The position numbers were made by a program, and so were the translations under genes. A model generated the notes under the pieces. The model searched no databases. It saw only the letters and a list, made by a program, of their open reading frames with translations, and was not told where the DNA came from. Shown here in pieces: positions 10,450 through 19,505 of a stretch of 64,000 nt of DNA; the first letter of the stretch is position 1; every line of letters starts with the position of its first letter. Location of the stretch: positions 94,512-158,511 of the forward strand of contig SUUJ01000004.1 of the NCBI GenBank assembly GCA_015062585.1, written 5' to 3'. Source of the DNA: Alphaproteobacteria bacterium. Its GTDB lineage: Bacteria > Pseudomonadota > Alphaproteobacteria > RF32 > CAG-239.

Positions 10450-11813
10450 TACAGTTTCTCCAAAAGTGAATAACCCATGTCGGTAATTGAATTGTCGCGA
10501 GCCCCCATCAACACTATTCTATCGCCTGCTTTTGCCTGTTTCAGCAATTCTTGATACAGCTCGTCGCGTTTTGCAAAAAATATGGCTTTTTTACCGAATG
10601 ATTTGGCATGATTTACCAAGTCATTTGAAGATATATCTTTGACTGCGGAACCACCGCTGAAATATATTTCCGGTATCAGCAAAATGTCGTCATCAGACAT
10701 TTGTGAAACAAATGATTCGACTATTTCTTTTCCCATCAGGCGCATAGGAGCAAAACCGTGAGGTTGAAACATTACCAGCAGTCGACCATGATAGCTCTTT
10801 AAGGCGCTCATAGAGGCCAAAACTTTGTCCGGATTGTGAGCAAAATCATCAATCACCGTAATATTTGATTTTTGCCCCAAAACTTCTAAGCGGCGCTTTG
10901 CTCCCAAAAATGATTGCAAAATTGTACAAGCTTCGTCACTTGAAATTCCCAACATTGAACAAACAGCAACGGCACACATGGCATTTGCCACATTAAAAGC
11001 GCCAATCAATGCAAGCTTATATTTTTTGCCGTTAAGCTCATATTGAGTGCCGTCGGCTAAAGGTGTAATATCAGAAGCATAAAAATCGGCTGTTTTATCT
11101 TTGATGGAAAAACTTAAAGCATTTAATCCCAAATTTTCAATTACCTTGCTGTTAGCACAATCTTTGTTGTAAACAACTCCTTTTTTGGCGCGTTTGGCAA
11201 AATCGGAAAATAAAACTTTTAATTCCTCGATAGGTTTGTGATCCAGGGTTATATTATTTATAACCGAGATATAAGGGTTATATTTTTCGATAGATCCGTC
11301 ACTTTCATCAGCCTCAATCACACAATATTCGCCTTCATTTAAGATAACATTAGGTATGCCTTTTTGGTTTTCATAATTTTTTAAAATAGCTCCATTGATA
11401 ACCAGCGGTTTTTTGCCTGCTTTATCTAAAATATATCCTACCATTGCGGTTACGGTTGACTTGCCGGATGTACCGCCAATGGCAATATTGTATTTATATT
11501 GCGAGAATATTTCAGCCAGCAAATCAGAACGCTTTTGAATCGGCACATTTAATTCTTTGGCGCGTTTGACATCAGGAATTGTATCTTCTACCGCTGTCGA
11601 GGCGTACAATGTTTCAATTTCATTTTCAAACATTGAGCCGTCTTGCGGATATATTTTTATACCAAGCGAGGTTAGAGCTTTTTTGTTTTTTTCATCTTTG
11701 CCTTGGTCAAAGCTTCGGTCTGAACCATATACTTCAACTCCCTTGAAACTCAAAACCTGAGCCAAAGCCGACATACCCGAACCGGAAACGGCACAAAATC
11801 CTACTTTTTTCAT
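10449..11813 (-). CDS. MurC/Mpl-family Mur ligase
   Basis: SGSGMSALA, GGTSGKSTV P-loop, IEADESDGS, DDFAHNP; translationally coupled to ldcA. Confidence 0.85.
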   Translation of the reverse strand: MKKVGFCAVSGSGMSALAQVLSFKGVEVYGSDRSFDQGKDEKNKKALTSLGIKIYPQDGSMFENEIETLYASTAVEDTIPDVKRAKELNVPIQKRSDLLAEIFSQYKYNIAIGGTSGKSTVTAMVGYILDKAGKKPLVINGAILKNYENQKGIPNVILNEGEYCVIEADESDGSIEKYNPYISVINNITLDHKPIEELKVLFSDFAKRAKKGVVYNKDCANSKVIENLGLNALSFSIKDKTADFYASDITPLADGTQYELNGKKYKLALIGAFNVANAMCAVAVCSMLGISSDEACTILQSFLGAKRRLEVLGQKSNITVIDDFAHNPDKVLASMSALKSYHGRLLVMFQPHGFAPMRLMGKEIVESFVSQMSDDDILLIPEIYFSGGSAVKDISSNDLVNHAKSFGKKAIFFAKRDELYQELLKQAKAGDRIVLMGARDNSITDMGYSLLEKL

Positions 11814-11830
11814 AAATAAAAGTCCTTATA

Positions 11831-11875
11831 AAATAAAATTAGCCTGTTTAAGATGGATATATCTTACAGGCTAAT
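11831..11875 (-). terminator. Intrinsic terminator after the bat operon
   Basis: ATTAGCCTGT...ACAGGCTAAT stem. Confidence 0.6.
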
Positions 11876-11893
11876 AGTTAATTTTTTGTTTTT

Positions 11894-13618
11894 TTATTTA
11901 TAAAGTTTCGGCAAGGGATCTTTTTGTTTTTTGGCGTGTTTTTTTACCGATTTGCACATATGACAAAAAACATCCAAAAAGGCTTTTTCATCCCAATCTT
12001 TTTCGGTATTGGCATATAAAGTTTCCCTTATCTTGTCTAATTCACGATTAAAAACGGAAGAATCAAAAATATCGGCAACATCTTGCAAATTGGCAATATG
12101 TCTGCTCGGAAAATGTTTTTGCCCCCAAACAATCAACTCATCACGCAACAGTTTCAAATCTTTTGATTTTGCAGCATTGATAATAGTTTTTTTGTTGTTG
12201 GGTTTTAGGGCTATTGATGTTAAAATCTTAGTCAATAGCAGCGCAACCAAAATACCGCCGAAAAATGCCACAATAAGAAGATATATAATCTTTGTATTGT
12301 CAACTTTAGACTTAACTTCAACAACTGTTTTTTCTTTAGCTTGTACATTATCTTGAGCTTGCGATACAATTTCTTCAACCTGATTTGATTTAGCAGAATC
12401 ATCTGTTAAGCCGGCCGTAACTTTTATTTTATATTCCGGAATCGAGGCTATTTCAAAAGTATCTGTTTTGGTATTAAACCATTTAAGCTCTATCGCCGGC
12501 AAAGTTACTTCACCGGTAGTTGAAGGAATATAGACATTGGATATCTTCGAGATTGATACCACATCATTACCTACAACGCCCATTTCGTTAATCGGTTTTT
12601 CAGGATATTGTTTAACGCCATTAACCGAAGCAAACTCAATTTCTGGCAGATTGGTATCCAAAACGCCGACAGCCTTCAATTGAATTGTACGACTTACCGG
12701 TTCGCCTACTCTGAACTTTGGCTTGTCATCATTAAACTTGGCCGATAGTTTTACATCTTTGGCCGGCAACCACCAAGAAGCACCCGAAACAGCCGGTTTA
12801 ACATTTATGCTTATCGGCTTGGTGTTTAGGACAACCGGATTTTTATTGGCAAATACTCTATTCATTCCCAAATTGGCAAAAAACTCGTCTTCTTCAAACA
12901 ACTGAGCAAACGGATCAGTTCTGGTGCTTTGGGTTATAAAATAACCGTTAAACCGAACCGGAGGTATTACTAATTCACCGGATTTTTGCGGAAACAGTGC
13001 ATAGTCAAAAGTTATTTCTCGAATATTGCGACCGTTGTCAATTTTGTTTTCAACTTTGGGTTCGCCCAGATTTTTAATAATCCAATCATCATTTGAGGTT
13101 ACAAAATATGGAGCGTTTCCCTGCAATCCACCAACATCGTATATTTTTACGCGATAGTTTATCTGTTCTTGAACATAGGATGTATCTTTGTCAATACTGC
13201 CGACAATCTTAAACTTTGGCGAATTGACATCAACAGATTTTACCAAAGGTTCTTCGCCGGCCGGCTTAACATTGATGGTTATAGGCTTGGTTTTCATTCC
13301 GTCCAATTCAATTTCCGATATTGTTATTTCACCGGTTTTTTTAGGTATCATTACCAAGTTCCATTGTCTTGATTTGGAAACCTGAGAATTGACAATATTA
13401 GTGCGATAACCGTTAGATACGGACAAAACCATAAAGTCTTGATTTAGAGCTGACAAGTCAGGTGAAGATGAAGTGTCAACATCTTTTAACTCCAAGGTCA
13501 AAACAAATGTTTCGCCTTCGGGAACAATATTGCGGTTTACCGTTGCATTAAAGCTTTGAGCATGTGCGAAGCTGCTCACAAACACAGACAATAAAAAACT
13601 TAAAAATATATTTTTCAT
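11894..13618 (-). CDS. batD: BatD-family protein
   Basis: Signal peptide, tandem Ig-like BatD repeats (YVQEQINYRV; VGEPVSRTI), one C-terminal TM; lies after VWA genes. Confidence 0.8.
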   Translation of the reverse strand: MKNIFLSFLLSVFVSSFAHAQSFNATVNRNIVPEGETFVLTLELKDVDTSSSPDLSALNQDFMVLSVSNGYRTNIVNSQVSKSRQWNLVMIPKKTGEITISEIELDGMKTKPITINVKPAGEEPLVKSVDVNSPKFKIVGSIDKDTSYVQEQINYRVKIYDVGGLQGNAPYFVTSNDDWIIKNLGEPKVENKIDNGRNIREITFDYALFPQKSGELVIPPVRFNGYFITQSTRTDPFAQLFEEDEFFANLGMNRVFANKNPVVLNTKPISINVKPAVSGASWWLPAKDVKLSAKFNDDKPKFRVGEPVSRTIQLKAVGVLDTNLPEIEFASVNGVKQYPEKPINEMGVVGNDVVSISKISNVYIPSTTGEVTLPAIELKWFNTKTDTFEIASIPEYKIKVTAGLTDDSAKSNQVEEIVSQAQDNVQAKEKTVVEVKSKVDNTKIIYLLIVAFFGGILVALLLTKILTSIALKPNNKKTIINAAKSKDLKLLRDELIVWGQKHFPSRHIANLQDVADIFDSSVFNRELDKIRETLYANTEKDWDEKAFLDVFCHMCKSVKKHAKKQKDPLPKLYK

Positions 13619-13625
13619 TTTTCAC

Positions 13626-15374
13626 CTATTGTTCATTATAACGATTTTGTTGATATTCACTTTTGATAAATGCTCGCAACAGACCTCCGGCATCTTCGGG
13701 AATTTCGCGGTATTGCTGAATCTTTGCCTGCATTTTTTCATCATATTTTTCTTCTTTTGATCCTTGCTTAATCGAGAATCCTTTATCTTTGCTTTCTTCG
13801 CCTTTTTTTTGCTCGCTGTCATCGACTTCATTCATTGTAGAGTTTGTATCTTTGTTGCCTTTATCATCTTTTTTATCGGAATGAGCGTCTTGTTTTGTTT
13901 GGTCATTACCCTGTTTTTGTTGTTGCTGTTGTGCTTTGGCGTCTTGTTCGCCCTGAGATTCTTGTTCATTTTCTTGTTGTTCGTCAGAGTTTTGGTCAGA
14001 TTGCGTTTGATCCTGTTGTTGATTCTGCTTATTGTTTTGTGAATCATTTTTGTCATCTTTGTTGTCTTGATTATTTTTATTTTGTCTGGCTTGTTGTTGA
14101 TTTTGCTGTTTCTTCAAATACTCAAGATTAAATTTAGCGTCTTCATGATTCGGTTCCAGTTTCAAGACTTCTTCATATTTTTTGATAGCTTCACTTATTT
14201 TACCACCCTTGGCTAAAGCATTGCCTTGATTATACAACCCCGTAACGGAAGTATCCTTACTGAAAAGCTCGTAAGATTTTTGATAATCGCCAAGCTTGTA
14301 ATAGCTTGAGGCCAGCCAATTATCGTCATCAAATTTGCTTATAGCTGTTTCATAATCGCCTTTATTATATGCCTGATAACCTTCCTGTTTGTCGCTATAT
14401 AAAAATCCGGCGTAAGCATTGGAGGATATAAGCAAAAAGGCGATAACAAGAATACCTTTTCTGAATAGGGCAGCACAACAAACAAGCGGTATGATAAGCA
14501 AATACCAACCGGCATCAAGCCAGATATTGCGCAAATTTTTGCCTTTTTGCATTTCTTTATCGGAGGTATTCAGCTCTTCGGCAAAACGAGAAATCATATT
14601 ATCATCATTTTTGATATTCCAATACATACCGCCACCTGCCTGAGCCACAAGGCGCAGTTTTTCATTTGCGGTTGCCGTTACTCCGATAATATTTATTTTT
14701 ACATTTTGCTTGTTGGCTTTTTTGGCTTCTTCAATAGCCAAATCAAATTTTTGTCCGACATCCGGTGTAAATATAAGCATATTTCCCTGATTAAAACCGG
14801 CTGATTTTATTCGTTCAACCCCCAATTGAATTGCCCTGTCGAGCCTGTCGCCGTTAGCCGGCATAATATTAAAATCAACTGCCGAAAGCAAATTTTGCAA
14901 AATCTTCATATCATCGGTTAGAGGCGAAATGACAAAGGGCTCGGAAGAATAAACCATCAATCCGGCCTGAACGGTTTTTAACATATTAAGCAGATCATCA
15001 ATTTTGTATTTTGCTCGGGTCAAGCGATTGGGGGCAAGGTCTTTTTCATTCATATCCGACGACATATTCAGCGCAATCATCAAAGGATTTTGCACCTCAA
15101 ATGCCGGAACCTCGATTTTTTGAAAACTGGGACCGGCAGAAGCTATTATGGCAAATATTATCGCCAAAAAGCTTGATAGTGCAAACATTTTGCGCTTTTG
15201 AGCCGAGCCTTTTACCAAAAGATATGAAAGCAATCTTTTATCAATCACTTTTTGCCATGATGATTGCATATTTGACATTTTGTAATAACGGGAATAAAGC
15301 AAAAACGGTATTAACAACAACAGCAATAGCCATGGGCGCATAAAATGAAAATTTGTCATAAATTCAGCCATCAT
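13626..15374 (-). CDS. VWA + TPR protein (BatB/BatC-like fusion) with a Q/N/D-rich tail
   Basis: NMSSDM..DLAPNRLTRAK, SSEPFVISPLTDD, TPR YNQGNALAK...EPNHEDAKFNL, low-complexity linker. Confidence 0.85.
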   Translation of the reverse strand: MMAEFMTNFHFMRPWLLLLLLIPFLLYSRYYKMSNMQSSWQKVIDKRLLSYLLVKGSAQKRKMFALSSFLAIIFAIIASAGPSFQKIEVPAFEVQNPLMIALNMSSDMNEKDLAPNRLTRAKYKIDDLLNMLKTVQAGLMVYSSEPFVISPLTDDMKILQNLLSAVDFNIMPANGDRLDRAIQLGVERIKSAGFNQGNMLIFTPDVGQKFDLAIEEAKKANKQNVKINIIGVTATANEKLRLVAQAGGGMYWNIKNDDNMISRFAEELNTSDKEMQKGKNLRNIWLDAGWYLLIIPLVCCAALFRKGILVIAFLLISSNAYAGFLYSDKQEGYQAYNKGDYETAISKFDDDNWLASSYYKLGDYQKSYELFSKDTSVTGLYNQGNALAKGGKISEAIKKYEEVLKLEPNHEDAKFNLEYLKKQQNQQQARQNKNNQDNKDDKNDSQNNKQNQQQDQTQSDQNSDEQQENEQESQGEQDAKAQQQQQKQGNDQTKQDAHSDKKDDKGNKDTNSTMNEVDDSEQKKGEESKDKGFSIKQGSKEEKYDEKMQAKIQQYREIPEDAGGLLRAFIKSEYQQNRYNEQ

Positions 15375-16363
15375 TTGCCACCTCGCAAAAGATAAAACAT
15401 CAGCATACTCAGCACTACGGCAATTAACAGCGGTATATAAAACAAATCGGTTGCTTCTTGAATATATCTTTGATCTTGAGATGTCGGTTCAAGTTCGTCT
15501 ATGATTTGATATATCTTTTGCAAACCTGCGGTGTCTTCGGCTCTGAAATATTGACCTTTGGTAAGCTTAGCCAATTCTTTCATTGCTTGTTCATCTACTC
15601 CGGGGGCCGACATTGATATCATCTTAAAAAAGACATTGGGTGCGCCTACACCAATAGTATAAATTTTGATATTTTCGTCAGAAGCCAATTTTATGGCTTG
15701 TCCCATCGAGATTGCGCCATCATTATTTTCACCATCAGTCAGAAGAATAATTATTTTATTGTCTTTATTTTTTTCTTCGCGAAGTTTTTTCAAAGCCAAT
15801 CCCAATGCGTCGCCGATACTGGTAGAATCTCCGGCCATACCGGCTTTCATTGACCACAAAATATCTTTGACAGATGCCTTGTCAAAAGTGAGCGGCGATT
15901 GTAAATATGCACGAGTTCCGAATAATATTAGCCCTATTCTGTCGTTGGCGCGTTTATCGGCAAAATCGGACACCACTTTTTTTACGGCGTCAAGGCGCGT
16001 GATTCTGCGACCATATAATGAAAAATCATCTTCTACCATTGATGTTGAAATATCCAACACAAGCATAATATCTCTGGCTTCGTTTTTTAGGCGAATAGGT
16101 TCACCAAGAAGTTGGGGACGGGCACAAGCTATGGTTAAAAAGAGCCAAACCAGATACAAAAACCAAAATCTTTTGGATAATTTGCTCTCGGAAGCGGAAG
16201 CATTCCAAATAGAGCCGGCAGAAATTGAGATTCTTTTCAGATCATCGATAAACGGAGCTTTTAGGGCTTCACCGTGCATTCCTTTGACTGCCGGTGTCAA
16301 AAGGTAGATAATAAAAGGTATTACGAGCAACAAAAAAGCCAAAGGATAAGCAAAAACAATCAT
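15371..16363 (-). CDS. batA: BatA-type VWA domain protein
   Basis: MIDAS DISTSM, DRIGLILFG, TSIGDAL, LTDGENN; start set at 16363 (AGGAG RBS, ATGA overlap). Confidence 0.85.
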   Translation of the reverse strand: MIVFAYPLAFLLLVIPFIIYLLTPAVKGMHGEALKAPFIDDLKRISISAGSIWNASASESKLSKRFWFLYLVWLFLTIACARPQLLGEPIRLKNEARDIMLVLDISTSMVEDDFSLYGRRITRLDAVKKVVSDFADKRANDRIGLILFGTRAYLQSPLTFDKASVKDILWSMKAGMAGDSTSIGDALGLALKKLREEKNKDNKIIILLTDGENNDGAISMGQAIKLASDENIKIYTIGVGAPNVFFKMISMSAPGVDEQAMKELAKLTKGQYFRAEDTAGLQKIYQIIDELEPTSQDQRYIQEATDLFYIPLLIAVVLSMLMFYLLRGGK

Positions 16364-16812
16364 AAGTTTTCTCCTATCCATTTAAGGCAAAAGTTTTGCA
16401 AGTTTGTTAAGTCTTTTGAATTATAAGTTTTGGAATCTTGAGGCATATACGGAGCGTCAGCCAGCAATTTTGCGGTTTTGTCATCAAGCTTTGTCTTAGT
16501 GTTTTTATTTAAAAATTCAATCCAGTCTTTACCGCTCAAAACAAGCGCTTCAGGATACTTATATACACAAATACGGCGCAAAATTTCAGACATATTTGAG
16601 GCTGATTTTTGAATATTGGCGGTAGGAATATTTTTTACCAATTTTAAGGCGTAAAGTTTTTTAGATTTTGTAACGGCTAAACGAATAAGCTTGTAGAAAA
16701 GCCACACAAAAATTATGGTAAAGAGAATTATCAACCATCCGTATCCCAACGGAAAGTTTGAAATATCGTGCGGTATATGTATATCCCGTAACTCAGGTAA
16801 ATTATCCGGCAT
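16360..16812 (-). CDS. DUF4381-family protein
   Basis: LRDIHIP...PLGYGW, LSGKDWIEFL; position in the bat operon. Confidence 0.8.
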   Translation of the reverse strand: MPDNLPELRDIHIPHDISNFPLGYGWLIILFTIIFVWLFYKLIRLAVTKSKKLYALKLVKNIPTANIQKSASNMSEILRRICVYKYPEALVLSGKDWIEFLNKNTKTKLDDKTAKLLADAPYMPQDSKTYNSKDLTNLQNFCLKWIGENL

Positions 16813-16879
16813 ACAAATTCCCTTTATTTTTTCAAAAGCCCAGTTGATAATTTAAGAGCTAATCAATAAAAAATCAACA

Positions 16880-18130
16880 TTAGCGAAGTTTAATAATTCC
16901 TATTTTTTTCTTGCCTAAAGCAATTTTGGCCTGACCGTCGACAATATCGCAAGCACTCAAGCAATAGTTTTCGTCAGTAATTTGCTTGTCATTCAGTTTT
17001 AGTCCGCCTTGTTTTATCAAGCGTCGAGCTTCGCCCTTGGAAGCACAAAATCCGATATTAACAAAAGCGTTTAAGATACCTTCGCCGGAATCAATTTCCA
17101 AACAAGGCAATTCACCGCCGGCTTGATTTTGTTCAAAAGCCTTGATAGCTGTTTCTTTAGCATTAACCGCTTCGGCTTCGCCGCGACAAATCTTGGTAGC
17201 CTCAAAGGCCAAAATCTTCTTGGCTTCGTTAATTTCTTTATCCTGCAAGGCTTCTAAGCGACGAACTTCATCCATAGGCAAATCGGTATAAATTCGCAAA
17301 CATTTACCGACTTCGTTGTCACCGATATTTCTGAAATATTGGAAATAATCGTAAGAAGATAATTTGTCTTCGTTAATCCAAACGGCGTTACCCTCGGATT
17401 TACCCATTTTTTTACCATTAGAATCGGTAATAATCGGCGAAGTATAACCAAACAACTCTGTGTTGTATTTTCGGCGTCCAAGCTCGGTTCCCGAAGTTAT
17501 GTTACCCCATTGATCAGAGCCGGCAATTTGTGCTCGGCAACCATATTTTTGCATCAATACGCAAAAATCATATCCCTGTAACAACATATAGTTAAACTCT
17601 AAAAAGCTCATCGGCTGTTCGCGATCAAGACGAGTTTTTACACTATCCATGGTCAACATACGATTAACCGAATAACAAGTACCGATATCACGCAAAAATT
17701 CCAAATAATTTACATCCTTAAACCAATCCCAGTTATCAACCATAAGAGCGTCATTTGCCCCATCACCGAATCGCAAAAATTTGGAAAATGATTTTTTCAA
17801 GCCTTCTATATTACGGGCTAAAGTAGCTTCATCCAAAAACGGACGAAGTTTGTCTTTACCTGAGGGATCACCGATACGAGCTGTTGCAGCGCCAACCAAT
17901 GTCAACGGTTTGTGTCCGCATTTTTGAAACCAGCGCATCATCATCAAAGGTACAATATGTCCGACATGCAAGCTGTCGCCTGTAGGATCAGACCCTAAAT
18001 AACCAACCGCAGGAACACCCTTTTGCTCACAATCGGCCAAATACTCATCAAAGCCCTCTAAATTGGTGCATTGATTGTAAAAACCTCTATCCTGCATAAT
18101 ATTTAGAAATTCTGATTTTAACTGCGACAT
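16880..18130 (-). CDS. tyrS: Tyrosine--tRNA ligase
   Basis: DPTGDSLHVGH, QIAGSDQWGN, KMGKS, C-terminal S4 domain. Confidence 0.97.
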   Translation of the reverse strand: MSQLKSEFLNIMQDRGFYNQCTNLEGFDEYLADCEQKGVPAVGYLGSDPTGDSLHVGHIVPLMMMRWFQKCGHKPLTLVGAATARIGDPSGKDKLRPFLDEATLARNIEGLKKSFSKFLRFGDGANDALMVDNWDWFKDVNYLEFLRDIGTCYSVNRMLTMDSVKTRLDREQPMSFLEFNYMLLQGYDFCVLMQKYGCRAQIAGSDQWGNITSGTELGRRKYNTELFGYTSPIITDSNGKKMGKSEGNAVWINEDKLSSYDYFQYFRNIGDNEVGKCLRIYTDLPMDEVRRLEALQDKEINEAKKILAFEATKICRGEAEAVNAKETAIKAFEQNQAGGELPCLEIDSGEGILNAFVNIGFCASKGEARRLIKQGGLKLNDKQITDENYCLSACDIVDGQAKIALGKKKIGIIKLR

Positions 18131-18222
18131 TTTCTTTTAACCTCTTTTTTTATTTTATAACTAAATCTTAACGCATATTAGCATATAATTTTGGTATTGC
18201 AACAAGGGAGTTTATTTTTTTT

Positions 18223-19320
18223 ATGAGTTCTGTTCACGCAACAAAAGTTTTAGGTCTTACCAGCGGTTCGTCTTTAGACGGGGTTAATGCTTCGATTATT
18301 GTTACCGATGGTGTTGATGTTTTTGAAAGAATCAAAACTTTTGATATTCCCTATGATGATAATTTGCGCGAAGCACTTCGTCATATGCAAAAAAATCATC
18401 TTAGAATGAACGATGATGAAAAGCTCAGAATCGAAAATTCGCTGACTGACTTTCACATAGGTATTGCGCGCGAAATTCTGTGTGATTATGAAGGCATTGA
18501 TTTAATCGGTTTTAGCGGACATATAATCTGCCACAAACCGAGCGAGCATATTTTGTATCAAATCGGCGACGCACAAAAAATGGCAAATGAACTAAAAATT
18601 AAGGTTGTTTCAAAATTTCGCAATGCCGATATTTTAGCCGGAGGTCAAGGAGCTCCTCTATCACCGGTATATCACGCATCAATTACGCAAAATATGGAAA
18701 AACCTTTGGCCATAGTTGATATTGGCGGTATCAGTTCTATTACATTTGTCGGACAAAACGGCGAATTAATGGCGTTTGATACCGGACCGGGAAATGCCGC
18801 AATTAACGAATGGGTTAACAAACATGGCGGTATGTATATGGACTATAACGGCAAACTTGGTATTACCGGTCACATAAATGATGAAGTTTTGAGCGCTATG
18901 ATGAAGCACAAATACCTAAAACTATTGCCGCCAAAAGCTACTGACAGTGCTACTTTTAAGGACAAATTGGAACATTTGGAAGGTTTGTCTTTAGAAGACG
19001 GATGCGCTACCGCAACCGCCTATGTTGCAACATCAATATTAAAAGCAATAGATGATTTTATACCTATTACGCCAAAGCAAATCATTGTATGTGGCGGAGG
19101 CGCAAAAAATCCGACACTGGTTCGTTTCTTAAAACAGCGTTCAATCGGCATGGAAATAGTGACAGCACAAGAATGCGATTTTGAGCCTTTGGGTATTGAG
19201 GCCGAAGCTTTCGGATTTTTGGCCGTCAGACGCTTACAGTTTATGCCAACCTCATTTCCATTTACCACAGGGGCTTCGCAAGAGGTCATCGGGGGTGAAA
19301 TTTTTGAGCCTAAAAATTAG
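18223..19320 (+). CDS. anmK: Anhydro-N-acetylmuramic acid kinase
   Basis: GLTSGSSLDG, GGQGAPL, DIGGIS, FDTGPGN, EAEAFGFLA; divergent from tyrS as in other alphaproteobacteria. Confidence 0.9.
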   Translation: MSSVHATKVLGLTSGSSLDGVNASIIVTDGVDVFERIKTFDIPYDDNLREALRHMQKNHLRMNDDEKLRIENSLTDFHIGIAREILCDYEGIDLIGFSGHIICHKPSEHILYQIGDAQKMANELKIKVVSKFRNADILAGGQGAPLSPVYHASITQNMEKPLAIVDIGGISSITFVGQNGELMAFDTGPGNAAINEWVNKHGGMYMDYNGKLGITGHINDEVLSAMMKHKYLKLLPPKATDSATFKDKLEHLEGLSLEDGCATATAYVATSILKAIDDFIPITPKQIIVCGGGAKNPTLVRFLKQRSIGMEIVTAQECDFEPLGIEAEAFGFLAVRRLQFMPTSFPFTTGASQEVIGGEIFEPKN

Positions 19321-19448
19321 CCTTATCAAATATTATGTTTTTGTTACATTTTAAAGTGGCATAAAATAATTATTGATATTCAATATGTTACGCACACATT
19401 ATGGGGCGTTTGCACTCTGTCCGCATTATTGCTTTTTTAACTGTTTTG

Positions 19449-19471
19449 TGCTATAATCTATAATAGATTAT
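19449..19471 (+). promoter_or_regulatory. Extended -10 (TG-C-TATAAT) overlapped by a perfect 9-1-9 palindrome
   Basis: TGCTATAAT at 19449-19457; ATAATCTAT-A-ATAGATTAT at 19453-19471. Confidence 0.6.
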
Positions 19472-19505
19472 TGTATTTTTTGCTGATGTGTACAGGAGAA
19501 AGGTC

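Noticed and set aside
15666-16307. 213-aa plus-strand ORF
   Set aside because: Antisense shadow of batA
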